Shown one piece after another: positions 37,650 to 47,653 of a DNA stretch of 64,000 nt. The translations under genes and the position numbers were made by a program. The notes beneath the pieces are model-generated. The model was not told where the DNA came from and ran no database searches. It was given only the letters and a program-made list of their open reading frames with translations. Positions within the stretch are counted from its first letter, which is position 1. Every line of letters starts with the position of its first letter. The DNA comes from Armatimonadota bacterium (GTDB taxonomy: Bacteria > Armatimonadota > SYMT01), in contig JBKBRF010000033.1 in assembly GCA_046292385.1 (NCBI GenBank), positions 16,113-80,112 on the forward strand, in the 5' to 3' direction.

Positions 37650-39665
37650 ATGCGCTCTCCCCTTCCATCCTCCAGCGAGCCGTCCACCAAAGCCGCCGTC
37701 GACATCGGCGGGACGTTCACCGACTTCGTCGTCGTGCGCGGCGGGGTCCTCACGATCTACAAGGTGCCGTCGACCCCGGCCGATCCGGCCGAGGCGTTCC
37801 TCCGAGGTGCGGCGGAGCTGGAGATCCCGGCCGGGGCCCGGTACGTCCACGGCTCCACCGTCGCCACCAACGCGATCCTGGAGCGGCGGGGCGCGCGGGC
37901 GGCGCTGCTCACCTCGGAGGGCTTCCGGGACGTGCTGGAGCTGGGGCGGCAGACCCGCCTGGGGCTCTACGACCTGGAGCCGCGGAAGCACGTGCCGCTG
38001 ATCCCGCGCGACCGCTGCTTCGAGGTGCCGGAGCGGGTGGACCGGGACGGCGAAGTCGTGGCTCCGCTGGATGAAGCGGCGCTGGAGGCGGCGCTCGACG
38101 CCGTCCTCGCCTCCGGGGCGGAATCGCTAGCGGTCTGCTTCCTCTTCAGCTTCGCGCGGCCGGAGCACGAGCGGCGCGCCGGGGAGCGGGCGCGCGCCCG
38201 GGGGCTCTCCGTGAGCCTGAGCAGCGAGATCCTGCCGGAGTACCGCGAGTACGAGCGAGCCAGCACCACCGCGGCGAACGCCTACGTGGCCCCGCTGATG
38301 GACCGCTACCTCGGCAGCCTCGACCGCCGCCTGCGGGAGCGGGGCCGGGAGCGGCTGCAGGTGATGCAGTCGAACGGCGGCATCATCTCGGTCGACCAGG
38401 CGCGCCAGGAAGCGGTTCGGACGGTGCTCTCCGGACCGGCGGGCGGCGTGGTCGGCGCGTGGCGGGTCGGCGCCGCCGCGGGCTACCCGCGGCTGGTGAC
38501 GTTCGACATGGGCGGCACCTCCACCGACGTCTCGCTGATCGACGGGGAGCCGACCGGCTCCGCGGAGGGCGGAGTGATCTCCGACCTGCCGATCCGGGTG
38601 CCGATGCTCGACATCCACACCGTCGGGGCCGGCGGCGGGTCGATCGCGCGGGTCGATCCGGAAGGCGGCCTGCGCGTGGGACCGGAGAGCGCCGGCGCCG
38701 ACCCGGGCCCCGCCGCCTACGGCCGCGGGATGCTCGCCACCGTCACCGACGCCAACCTGGTGCTCGGGCGGCTGCCGGAGGACCAGTTCCTCGGCGGGCG
38801 GATGCACCTCGACCCGAACCGCTCCCGTGCTGCCCTGGAGCCGCTGGCGCGCCAGCTCGGCCTGGGGCTGGAGGAGCTGGCGGAGGGGATCGTCCGCGTC
38901 GCCGACGTGCAGATGGCGCGGGCGCTGCGGCGGGTCTCGGTGGAGCGGGGGCACGACCCCCGCCGCTTCGCGCTCCTCGCCTTCGGCGGCGGCGGCCCGC
39001 TGCATGCCTGCGCCCTCGCGGACGAGACCGGCATCCCGGAAGTGCTGGTGCCCCGGTACCCGGGCATCCTCTCCGCGCTCGGGATGCTGCTCAGCGATCT
39101 TCTGAAGGAGTACTCTCGCACGGTGATGCGGCCGGCGGACGAGACCCTGCCGGAGCTGGAGTCGCTCTTTGCCGAGCTGGAGGCGCTCGCGCTGGCAGAG
39201 CTGGCGGCGGAAGGCACGGCGCCGGCGCGCATCCGGCTGTCGCGCCACCTCGACGCCCGCTTCCGCGGCCAGAGCTACGAGCTGACGATCTCCGGGGAGA
39301 CGCTCGACCCCGCGCAGGTGACTCGCGGCCTGCGAGAGGCGCACACGCGGCGCTACGGCTTTGCGCCGGAGAACGGCGCGGCAGAGGTGGTGAACGTGCG
39401 ACTGCGGGCAATCGGCCTTACGGAGAAGCCGCAGCTCCCTACCGCCATCGTGGAAGAGCTGCGAGAGCCGCAGCCGGTGGGCCGGCGAAGGGTGTGGCTC
39501 GACGGCGCCTGGGGCGAGTGCCCGGTCTACGCGCGCGCCGGGCTGGCTCCGGGGCACCGCTGGCGGGGACCGGCACTGGTGACGCAGGAAGACACCACCA
39601 CCTGGATCCCACCCGGCCGATACGCCGTGGTAGACGGTGGTTACAATATCTTGATCCGCCGCTGA
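37650..39665 (+). CDS. Hydantoinase A / 5-oxoprolinase-family ATP-dependent subunit
   Basis: DIGGTFTD, HGSTVATN, SGPAGG, DMGGTSTD, GAGGGS, TVTDANL. Confidence 0.92.
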   Translation: MRSPLPSSSEPSTKAAVDIGGTFTDFVVVRGGVLTIYKVPSTPADPAEAFLRGAAELEIPAGARYVHGSTVATNAILERRGARAALLTSEGFRDVLELGRQTRLGLYDLEPRKHVPLIPRDRCFEVPERVDRDGEVVAPLDEAALEAALDAVLASGAESLAVCFLFSFARPEHERRAGERARARGLSVSLSSEILPEYREYERASTTAANAYVAPLMDRYLGSLDRRLRERGRERLQVMQSNGGIISVDQARQEAVRTVLSGPAGGVVGAWRVGAAAGYPRLVTFDMGGTSTDVSLIDGEPTGSAEGGVISDLPIRVPMLDIHTVGAGGGSIARVDPEGGLRVGPESAGADPGPAAYGRGMLATVTDANLVLGRLPEDQFLGGRMHLDPNRSRAALEPLARQLGLGLEELAEGIVRVADVQMARALRRVSVERGHDPRRFALLAFGGGGPLHACALADETGIPEVLVPRYPGILSALGMLLSDLLKEYSRTVMRPADETLPELESLFAELEALALAELAAEGTAPARIRLSRHLDARFRGQSYELTISGETLDPAQVTRGLREAHTRRYGFAPENGAAEVVNVRLRAIGLTEKPQLPTAIVEELREPQPVGRRRVWLDGAWGECPVYARAGLAPGHRWRGPALVTQEDTTTWIPPGRYAVVDGGYNILIRR

Positions 39666-39821
39666 GGCAAGTTAGACTGGCGCTGAGGACCCATTCGGAC
39701 CATCTCTAAGGAAGAAGATGGAAGGGTTTCGGCGCCTGATACGTCTTAGGGGAGGACACCTGGGGCTTTTGCGGCTCCAGAGTCGGCCGCCGGCCCCCGG
39801 ATCGAACGAATAACGCCCGCG

Positions 39822-41372
39822 ATGCAGTCGCCCCCCACCGCCGCAGAACAGGAGCAGGTGCGGACGGCGCGGTCCACCACCGCGTCGCCGCGCATCGTCG
39901 CGCCGGTGGTGACGCTCTCGCTCATCGCGGTGAACCTGCTGATGGCGCTCGGGCAGCTCGCCGCCACCGGCTTCCAGCTCCGGCCGGAGGAGATCGGCAA
40001 CGCTCCCGTCAACTGGGCGCTCGGCGTCAAGCTGCCCTCACTGGTCCAATACGGCGAGTACTGGCGCCTGGTGACCGCCAACTTCCTGCACCACTCGTGG
40101 GGACACCTGGCGACCAACATGCTCGGGATTTACCTGCTGGGACGCCTGGTCGAGGCGTTCTACGGGCATGCCCGCCTGCTGGTGATCTTCGTGCTCTCCG
40201 CGATGACCGGCGCCGTCGCCAGCTACCTGCTCACTCCGAACGAGAGTCTCGGCGCCTCCACCGGCCTGATGGGGCTCCTGGGGGCGCTGATCGCCCACAA
40301 CGCTCGCTACCGGCGGTACTTGCCGGAGCGGGTGAACGGCATGCTCTGGTTCCTGATCGCAGTGCTGCTGCTGCAGCTGGCGATCGATACCTCCCGACTG
40401 GTGAACAGCGACGGCTGGGGCCACTTCGGCGGCGCGGTGGGCGGCGCGATCATGGCGCTGCTGCTGGAAAGCCGCATCGCCGGGCCGCTGCAGTCGGAGC
40501 GGGACTGGCTGCCGCTCCCCACCGCCCTCGCCACCGCCATCGCGGTGCTCGCGTACGGCGCCTTCGGGCTGGCGAGCAGCCTTCCCAACGAGCTCGACCT
40601 GCTCCGCGCCGGCCGCGCGCGCAGCGGCAGCGGCATCACCCAGAACCTGAAGCTGGTGGTGGAGCAGCGGCCCTACTTCGTGGAGGCGCGGATCTTCCTG
40701 GCACGGGTGCTGGAGCGCATGCAGCGCCACGAAGAAGCGGCGCGGCAGTACGAGCAGGTGCTGGAGCAAGGCCGCGCTAACCGCAGCCTCTACAACCAGG
40801 TGGAGGTGCTGGCGTCCAAGTTCTGGCTGGAGGCGAACCTCGCCTACGAGGCGGAGCGCTGGGAAGAGGCGCTCGATCACTATGCCCGCGCGGCGCGACT
40901 GACGCAGGACCGGGATTTGCTGGCCCAGGCGCACAACAGCATTGCGTGGATGCTGGCCGACAAGCTCCAGCGCGACTACCCGCGAGCGGAGCGGCACGCG
41001 CTGCTGGCGTTGAAAGCCCGCCCGAACGACCCGGCCATCACCGACACCCTGGCCTGGACCTACTACCGCCAGGGACGGCTGGAAGAGGCGCTCCGCACCC
41101 AGAAGCGGGCGGTCGGGCTGTGGGAGCAGCTCCCGGCGCAGCCAGGGCGGATGGAATACCGCCGGATCATGGGGGAGCTCACCTACCATCTCGGCGCCAT
41201 TTACGAGGCGATGCAGCGGCCCGACGAAGCCCGCGCCTACTACGAGCGCGCGCTGGAGCACCGGCCGGTCTATCCGGAAGCCCTGGAAGGCCTCCACCGC
41301 CTGCAGCAGGCCCACCCGGCCCCCACCGCCCCGCCCCCGGACCCCGCCGCCCGCACCGGCCTGCTCTCCTGA
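39822..41372 (+). CDS. Rhomboid intramembrane serine protease with TPR repeats
   Basis: WRLVTANFLH..HLATNM, GAS, HFGG; C-terminal TPRs. Confidence 0.9.
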   Translation: MQSPPTAAEQEQVRTARSTTASPRIVAPVVTLSLIAVNLLMALGQLAATGFQLRPEEIGNAPVNWALGVKLPSLVQYGEYWRLVTANFLHHSWGHLATNMLGIYLLGRLVEAFYGHARLLVIFVLSAMTGAVASYLLTPNESLGASTGLMGLLGALIAHNARYRRYLPERVNGMLWFLIAVLLLQLAIDTSRLVNSDGWGHFGGAVGGAIMALLLESRIAGPLQSERDWLPLPTALATAIAVLAYGAFGLASSLPNELDLLRAGRARSGSGITQNLKLVVEQRPYFVEARIFLARVLERMQRHEEAARQYEQVLEQGRANRSLYNQVEVLASKFWLEANLAYEAERWEEALDHYARAARLTQDRDLLAQAHNSIAWMLADKLQRDYPRAERHALLALKARPNDPAITDTLAWTYYRQGRLEEALRTQKRAVGLWEQLPAQPGRMEYRRIMGELTYHLGAIYEAMQRPDEARAYYERALEHRPVYPEALEGLHRLQQAHPAPTAPPPDPAARTGLLS

Positions 41373-41388
41373 TCTCCGCCCCCGGGAC

Positions 41389-41632
41389 TCACCGCAGAGC
41401 CGCAAAGGACACGGAGAGGAACCGAACGGGAATTCACCGCCGAGCCGCAGAGCGCGCGGAGAGAACCGGAACCAGAGGGAGGGGCCTGTTCCGCCTCACG
41501 GGTCCCGGACTGCAACCCCGAAGGTTTTCTCCCTACTGGTTCATTGCTTGGCGTTCTTGGCGCTCTTGCCGGTAAACCCGGTTCGGATCCTGGTTCGGGT
41601 TCTCTCCGCGTTCTCCGCGTCTCTGCGGTGAA
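41389..41632. repeat. Inverted repeat cluster of TCACCGCAGAG..CGGAGAG units between convergent genes
   Basis: Direct units at 41389 and 41433; inverted units at ~41547 and 41598-41632. Confidence 0.75.
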
Positions 41633-41651
41633 TCCGGTTCGGGAAGGACCC

Positions 41652-43493
41652 CTATTCCGCTCCCACCTCCGCCAGCTCGCGCTCCCGCTGGCGGACCACC
41701 TCCTCTTGCTCCTGCGCCTCTTCCAGGCGGGCCTGCAGGTTCCAGAGCTTGGCGTAAAGACCGCCATGGGCGAGGAGCTCGTCGTGGGTGCCGGCTTCGG
41801 CGATGTGCCCGTGCTCCAGCACGTAGATCACGTCGCTGTCCACGATGGTGGAGAGCCGGTGCGCGATGACGATCGTGGTGCGGCCGCGGGCGAGCTGGTC
41901 CAGGGAGGCCTGGATGATCTTCTCGCTGTGGGAGTCGAGGTTGGAGGTCGCCTCGTCAAAGACCAGGATCTTCGGGTCGCGGACCACGGCCCGCGCGATG
42001 GCGACCCGCTGCTTCTCCCCGCCGGAGAGCTTCAGGCCGCGCTCGCCGACCACCGACTCGTAGCCTTCCGGAAGGCGCTGGATGAAGTCGTGGATGTTCG
42101 CCAGCCGGCAGGCGGCTTCGATCTCCGCCTGGGTGGCGTCCGGCTTGCCGAAGCGGATGTTGGCGGCAATCGTGTCGTTGAAGAGCACCGGCTCCTGCGG
42201 CACGATGGCGAAGACTTCCCGCCGCGTCTCCGCGGAGAGGTCGCGCAGGTCGACCCCGTCGATCCGGATCCGTCCTTCCGACGGATCGTGGAAGCGGAAG
42301 AGGAGCTTGACGAGCGTCGACTTCCCCGCGCCGGAGGGGCCGACCACCGCCACGCGCGCGCCGGGCGGGATCGCCAGGTCGAGCCCCTGCAGCACGCCCG
42401 CGCGGCCCGCGTAGTTGAAGGTGACCTCCTCGAAGCGCACCTCGCCGCGCGGCTGCGGCAGCGGCACCGGGCGCGCCGGCTCCTGCACCGTGATCGGGTT
42501 GTTGAAGATGCGGCCCATCTCGTCCAGGTCCGCGATGCCGTCCTTGATGCCGCGGTAGATCATGCCCAGCACGCCGATCGGTGTGGAGAGGCGCACCACG
42601 TAGGTGGTGAGCAGCACGAGGTCGCCGATCGTGAGCAGCCCGGCGGCGGCCTGCCGGATGGCGAGGTAGAGGATCGAGCCGAGCCCGACCAGGATGATCG
42701 CGCCCTGCCCCGCCGAGATCGCGGAGTAGAGGCGGTTGGAGAGCACGGAGAGGTCGTACCAGCGGCGGATCCCCTCGCCGAAGCGGTCCATCCGCAGCCG
42801 CTCGTTATTGAAGTACTTGACCGTCTCAATGTTGGTGATGCTGTCGATCTGGACGCCGCTCGCCTCGTCGTCGGCGATGTTCGCGTTGAGGCGGAAGATC
42901 TGGCGCTTCTCCGTGGTCCAAATCGTGAAAGCGGTGTAGACCACCACCGTCGCCAGCGTGATCAGGCCGTAGCTGCCCGGATAGAGCTTGAGGAGCAGGG
43001 CGGAGACGAAGACGAGCTCCACCAGCACCGGCAGGATGTTCATCACCAGGAAGTCGAGGATCCAGGTGATGGAGCGGGTGCCGCGGCCGATCTTCCGGGC
43101 GAGTGCGCCGGTCTTCTGCTCCGCGTGGTAGGAGACCGGGAGCCGGAGCAGGTAGTCGAACACCGTCTCGCCGACCCGCCGCCCCACCCCGATCTGCACC
43201 GGCGCGAAGATCCAGTCGCGTGCGAACTCGCCGATGATCGTGATCACCCGCAGGCCGAAGTAGAACCAGACGGCATTCATGATGACGGAGAGCGGGTCTC
43301 GGGCGCCGATGCCGTCGATCACCTTCTTCAGGTAGAGCGGGTCCGCCGTCGCCGCCGCCCGCGCCAGGGCGAGGAAGAGGAGCGTCGCCGCGATGCGCGG
43401 GCCGTAGCCGCGGAAGCACGCCCAGAGATAGCTCCAGTCGGTCTTCCCCGTCGCGCCCGGCCGCCCGTTCACCCGCTCTTCTGCCGCCGCCAT
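41652..43493 (-). CDS. ABC transporter, fused permease and ATPase (ATM1/HMT1-like)
   Basis: DSITNIETVKYFNNE, GPSGAGKS, VGERGLKLSGGEKQRVAIAR, DEATS. Confidence 0.93.
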   Translation of the reverse strand: MAAAEERVNGRPGATGKTDWSYLWACFRGYGPRIAATLLFLALARAAATADPLYLKKVIDGIGARDPLSVIMNAVWFYFGLRVITIIGEFARDWIFAPVQIGVGRRVGETVFDYLLRLPVSYHAEQKTGALARKIGRGTRSITWILDFLVMNILPVLVELVFVSALLLKLYPGSYGLITLATVVVYTAFTIWTTEKRQIFRLNANIADDEASGVQIDSITNIETVKYFNNERLRMDRFGEGIRRWYDLSVLSNRLYSAISAGQGAIILVGLGSILYLAIRQAAAGLLTIGDLVLLTTYVVRLSTPIGVLGMIYRGIKDGIADLDEMGRIFNNPITVQEPARPVPLPQPRGEVRFEEVTFNYAGRAGVLQGLDLAIPPGARVAVVGPSGAGKSTLVKLLFRFHDPSEGRIRIDGVDLRDLSAETRREVFAIVPQEPVLFNDTIAANIRFGKPDATQAEIEAACRLANIHDFIQRLPEGYESVVGERGLKLSGGEKQRVAIARAVVRDPKILVFDEATSNLDSHSEKIIQASLDQLARGRTTIVIAHRLSTIVDSDVIYVLEHGHIAEAGTHDELLAHGGLYAKLWNLQARLEEAQEQEEVVRQRERELAEVGAE

Positions 43494-43632
43494 ACCGTCT
43501 CCCCACGCCTGCGCGCTTGCTGCACTGCCCGTCCGGCAGTCGACCGGGGTTCAGTATAACGCTGCGGCTGACGGATGTTCGAGGCTCTCGCGGTGATTCA
43601 GGCTATCGATACGGACGCGTGCTGCATCGAAC

Positions 43633-43853
43633 TATTGCGTATTCCGTATTGCGTAGCGGAGAGCCGGGAGCGCTCGGCGAGAACATCGTGCCGGGCGAAA
43701 GGCAGCTCCAAGTGCCTCGCTCGGCACGACGTACTGGTGACGTGGGAAAGGCCTGCCGCTACGCAATACGGAATACGGAATACCAGCCGCCCGGCACGAC
43801 GTCAGGTAAAGCGGGACCAGCGCTCCGCTACGCAATACGCGATACGCAATACG
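43633..43853. repeat. Nested-palindrome element, copy C, with a duplicated right half
   Basis: Left arm 43633-43660; inner CGTGCCGGGCGA..TCGCTCGGCACG; right arms at ~43756-43783 and ~43824-43853. Confidence 0.9.
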
Positions 43854-43870
43854 CCATAATAGCTCTTGAG

Positions 43871-45268
43871 ATGATGGACCCCAAAAAGCTCCTGGAGAAG
43901 CTCCCGCGGTTCGACCGGGACAAGCCGTTCCGATTCCTGGGCCGGCGCGTGGTGCAGGCGATGGCGGAGGCGGCGACCGCCAACCTGGTGCTGGGCCAGC
44001 GCACCGCGCCCGGACAGTACCTGGTGGTGCGGCTGCTGCCGGACGCCGACACGCGCGACACCTGGGAGCAGCAGTTCGCGGAGAGCCGCCCCGCCCTGGT
44101 CCAGGAGCTGGAGCGAGAAAGCCAGGCGCGCGACATCAAGCCGCGCTCCGCCCTGGCGATCGACCTGGTCGCCATGACCGACGCCGAGGCGGAGCGCGGG
44201 GAGGCGGAGCGGGCGCTCTCCACCGTGCTGGAGGGCGACGACCTCACCGCCGCCCTGGCGCAGCTCCGGGAAGAGCGGGAGGTGATCCTGCCGCGCCGGG
44301 TCCGGACGCTGCTGCTGGAGAGCGAGCCGAAGGAGGCGCAGGCCTACGTCGACCACCGCCCGGTCGGAGTCACGCCGTGCCGGGTGGAGGACATCGGCGA
44401 AGGGGAGCACGTCATCACCCTCTCCCGTCCCGGGTTCCTGCTCCACGAGGAAACCTACCGCGTGGAGCCGGGCCGGCCGGGACAGAAGCTGGTCTACCGG
44501 GCGCGCCTGCAGCCGGAGCCGGACATGGGGGTGCTGGAGGTGAAAAGCTTCCCGCCCGGCGCCCAGGTGACGGTGGGAGCCGAGACCCGCGTGGCGCCCG
44601 CGCGCCTGCGCCTGCCGGCCGGACCGCTGGAGGTGCGGGTCGAGATGGAGGAGTACGAGCCGCAGACGCTGCAGGTGGAGCTTCCGCCTTCCGGCGAGGA
44701 GCGCCCGCACCGGCTGCAGGTGCGCCTCCGCTACCAGGGGCCGCAGAAGGACGAGATCGCGGCGCGGCTCATCATCTACAAGCCGGGCACCTTCGCCCCC
44801 GCACCCGTGCCGGAGCGGCCGGAGCGGCCGGAGAACCGGATCAGCAGCTTCTTCCGGGATGTGGACGAGGACCTCGACCGCACGCAGGAATGGGACCTCT
44901 CGCCCGCGGAGCCGGCGCCCAGTCCGGAGCCGGAAGTGCTGGCGGAGCGGCCGCTGCGCCGCGGGGTGATCCTGATCGGCCGGGAGGATCCCCGCGCGGA
45001 GCTGGTCCCGGACATCCGCCTCTTCGACGCGGAGAACAGCGTCTCCCGCGGCTGCCACGCCTGGCTCTGGATCTACGCGGACAAGTCGACCGGCGCCACC
45101 TACAACACGCTCCTGATCGGCAACAACAGCCCCGCCGGGATCCGGGTGGACGGGCAGCTCGTGATGGAGACCCGCCGCCTCTCCGAGGATTCCGAGATCG
45201 AGATCGGCAACTTCCGCATGCGGGTGGTGAAGGAGGTGCCGGAGGCATGGGTGGAGATCGACCTGTAA
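43871..45268 (+). CDS. PEGA-domain protein with C-terminal FHA domain and possible FhaA-like N-terminus
   Basis: Two PEGA units (ESEPKEAQAYVD..GVTP; SFPPGAQVTV); FHA motifs IGR..VSRGCHA..G..VDG; start trimmed to MMDPKK. Confidence 0.8.
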   Translation: MMDPKKLLEKLPRFDRDKPFRFLGRRVVQAMAEAATANLVLGQRTAPGQYLVVRLLPDADTRDTWEQQFAESRPALVQELERESQARDIKPRSALAIDLVAMTDAEAERGEAERALSTVLEGDDLTAALAQLREEREVILPRRVRTLLLESEPKEAQAYVDHRPVGVTPCRVEDIGEGEHVITLSRPGFLLHEETYRVEPGRPGQKLVYRARLQPEPDMGVLEVKSFPPGAQVTVGAETRVAPARLRLPAGPLEVRVEMEEYEPQTLQVELPPSGEERPHRLQVRLRYQGPQKDEIAARLIIYKPGTFAPAPVPERPERPENRISSFFRDVDEDLDRTQEWDLSPAEPAPSPEPEVLAERPLRRGVILIGREDPRAELVPDIRLFDAENSVSRGCHAWLWIYADKSTGATYNTLLIGNNSPAGIRVDGQLVMETRRLSEDSEIEIGNFRMRVVKEVPEAWVEIDL

Positions 45269-46761
45269 ATCGCCGGCGGGTGCTGAAGGGAGCGCTCGCC
45301 ACCGGCTTCGCCGCGGCCGTGCCGCGCCTGGCCTCCGCCGCGCCGGAGCCCCGCCGCCGGCCGGAGCTGATCCGGGAGGAGAACGCCCGCCAGGGTACCC
45401 GCGACTGGCTCCTCACCCGCACCGGGATCGACCCGAAAACCCGCTACCGCTGTCCCTGGATCGAGGGCTACTGCTCCCGCGCTTCCGTCGCGGCGGGCGA
45501 GACGCTGGAGATCATGGTCAGCGCCAACCCCGCCTCCCCCTTCCGGATCGACGTCTACCGGCTGGGCTACTACGGCGGCACCGGAGCGCGTCACCTGGAG
45601 ACGCTCGGCCCCTTCAAGGGAGAGCCGCAGCCGGACCCGCCGGAGGGGGAAGGGCGCCTCCGGGAGTGCGCCTGGGAGCCCGCCGTGCGGCTGCGGATTC
45701 CGGAGGAGTGGCCGAGCGGCGTCTACCTCGGCAAGCTCACCGCGGAACGGGAGGGCTGGCAGAGCTACGTGATTTGGATCGTGCGGGACCACCGCCCGGC
45801 CGACTTCCTCTTCCAGTGCAGCACCAACACCTGGCACGCCTACAACCGCTGGCCGAGCCAGTTCTCCCTCTACGACGACGGCAAGAAGGAATGGTACTGG
45901 GGACCGGACGTGCGGATCAGCTACGACCGCCCCTACGGCAAGTACTGCCAGATCTTCGACGCGCCGCTCTCCACCGGCTCCGGGGAGTTCCTGCTCTGGG
46001 AATTCCCGCTCGCCTACTGGATGGAGCAGCAGGGCTACGACGTCTCCTACATCACCAACGTGGAGACGCACGCGGAGCCGGAGACGCTGCTGCGCGGTCG
46101 CGCCTTCCTCTCCGTGGGACACGACGAGTACTGGTCGCGGGAGATGTACCGCAACGTGAAGCGCGCGCTGGATGCCGGGGTGCACGGCGGCTTCCTCTGC
46201 GGGAACAGCGTCTACGGAATCACCCCGATGAGCCCCAGCAGCAAAGGGGTGCCGCACCGCACCCTCACGCGCACCGGCATCTTCGGGCCGATGGACCCGC
46301 GCTACGTGCCCGGCTGGCCGGAGATGGAGCGCTTTACGGAGAACGGACCGAACGAAGCCCTGCTGATGGGCGCCCGCAGCGTGTGGCCCACAACGGGCGG
46401 AGGGCCCTGGGTCTGCTCGAAGGAAGACCACTGGCTCTTCGAAGGCACCGGGATGAAGAACGGCGACGGCATTCCGGGGCTGGTCGGCTGGGAGTTCCAC
46501 GGCGCGCCGGCCGAGCTGCCGGGGCTGGAAGTGGTGAGCACCGGGAAGACGAGCGGCGGACGGGAAGACGGGACGTACACCAGCGTGCTCTTCCCCGGCG
46601 CGAAGGGCAACCTGATCTTCAACGCCGCCACGATCTGGTGGGGCGACGGGCTCTCCGAGCCGCCCGGCTACGTGCGTCCGAAAGTCTACACCGAGCCGAA
46701 AGGGCCGGACCCGCGGGTCCAGCGGATTACGCGCAATCTCTTCGAGCGGTTCCGCGGTTGA
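45247..46761 (+). CDS. Tat-exported N,N-dimethylformamidase beta-subunit-family protein
   Basis: NRRRVLK Tat signal; IEGYC, YRLGYYGG, TWHAYNRW, SVGHDEYWS. Confidence 0.85.
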   Translation: MGGDRPVNRRRVLKGALATGFAAAVPRLASAAPEPRRRPELIREENARQGTRDWLLTRTGIDPKTRYRCPWIEGYCSRASVAAGETLEIMVSANPASPFRIDVYRLGYYGGTGARHLETLGPFKGEPQPDPPEGEGRLRECAWEPAVRLRIPEEWPSGVYLGKLTAEREGWQSYVIWIVRDHRPADFLFQCSTNTWHAYNRWPSQFSLYDDGKKEWYWGPDVRISYDRPYGKYCQIFDAPLSTGSGEFLLWEFPLAYWMEQQGYDVSYITNVETHAEPETLLRGRAFLSVGHDEYWSREMYRNVKRALDAGVHGGFLCGNSVYGITPMSPSSKGVPHRTLTRTGIFGPMDPRYVPGWPEMERFTENGPNEALLMGARSVWPTTGGGPWVCSKEDHWLFEGTGMKNGDGIPGLVGWEFHGAPAELPGLEVVSTGKTSGGREDGTYTSVLFPGAKGNLIFNAATIWWGDGLSEPPGYVRPKVYTEPKGPDPRVQRITRNLFERFRG

Positions 46762-46768
46762 GAGCGAC

Positions 46769-46794
46769 CGGGAGCGGCGCTCACCGCCGCTCCC
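46769..46794. terminator. GC-rich hairpin between convergent genes
   Basis: GGGAGCGGCG..CGCCGCTCCC. Confidence 0.5.
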
Positions 46795-46810
46795 GTGGTC
46801 CCGCTCCGGA

Positions 46811-47464
46811 TTACGAGGCGGAGGCGACCATGGCCCGGACCGCCTCTGGGTGGGGGTGTGCCACCGGTCCGCGGCTGTGCTGCTGCAGCGCGTGATCCGG
46901 TTCCGGCTTCTCCGGCGCTGCGTGGTGCGCCGCTACCGGCCGGCGCACGGTCGGCACCGTCTCGTAGACGAGCGCCTTGGTCCGATCCACCTCCAGGTTC
47001 GCCCGGCCGAGGATGGCGCTGATCGGGATCGGTCCGAAGGTGCGGCTGTCCTCCGAGTTGTGGATGTTGTCGCCCACCACGAAGACGGAGTCTTCCGGGA
47101 TCGTGGTCTCGCAGACCCGGATCGCGCTGATGCCGCCCTCGTACCGCCGCCGCATCTCATCCTCGCGGTTCTCGCGGATCGCCGCCAGCCACTCGCCGCC
47201 GACTTCCAGATAGCTCAGCTTCTCGCCGGGCCCGCGGTAGACCCGCTTGATGTAGGTCTCGCCACCCAGCCGGAAGACCACCACCTCGCCGCGCTGCGGC
47301 TTGTGGGTCTGGTAGTAGAGCCGGTCCACCAGGAGCACCTGTCCGTTGTCGAGGGTCGGCTTCATCGATTCGCCGAGCACCACCGTGGGGCTGAACAGGT
47401 TGCCGAAACCGTAGATCGCCGCGGCGACCACGCCGAGCGCGAGCAGTCTTCGCTGCCGGGTCAT
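46811..47464 (-). CDS. lepB: Signal peptidase I
   Basis: GESMKPTL, YIKRV, GDN...SEDSR.FG. Confidence 0.92.
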   Translation of the reverse strand: MTRQRRLLALGVVAAAIYGFGNLFSPTVVLGESMKPTLDNGQVLLVDRLYYQTHKPQRGEVVVFRLGGETYIKRVYRGPGEKLSYLEVGGEWLAAIRENREDEMRRRYEGGISAIRVCETTIPEDSVFVVGDNIHNSEDSRTFGPIPISAILGRANLEVDRTKALVYETVPTVRRPVAAHHAAPEKPEPDHALQQHSRGPVAHPHPEAVRAMVASAS

Positions 47465-47653
47465 TCCAGGTTCCTCTTTTACCAATCGTCCGGGTGACTT
47501 GCTGATTATCTGCGAGACCGGTCCGCATCTTGAGGCCGGGGAGCCCGCCTGTGAGCGAGACCACACGACCCCCGTGCTATAATCCCCCTGCTCACCCGCT
47601 TTTCGGGAGATGAAGCCGGTCTCTCTTCGAACAGCTCTTACCCATCCCCGGTC

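Noticed and set aside
31462..43853. CRISPR-array interpretation of the CGTATT repeats
   Set aside because: Arms are inverted and dispersed, with no repeat-spacer periodicity and no cas genes in the window
44377..45246. Long N-terminal extension of the DMFase-like ORF
   Set aside because: Overlaps the PEGA-FHA gene; the ATG at 45247 has an RBS and precedes a Tat signal
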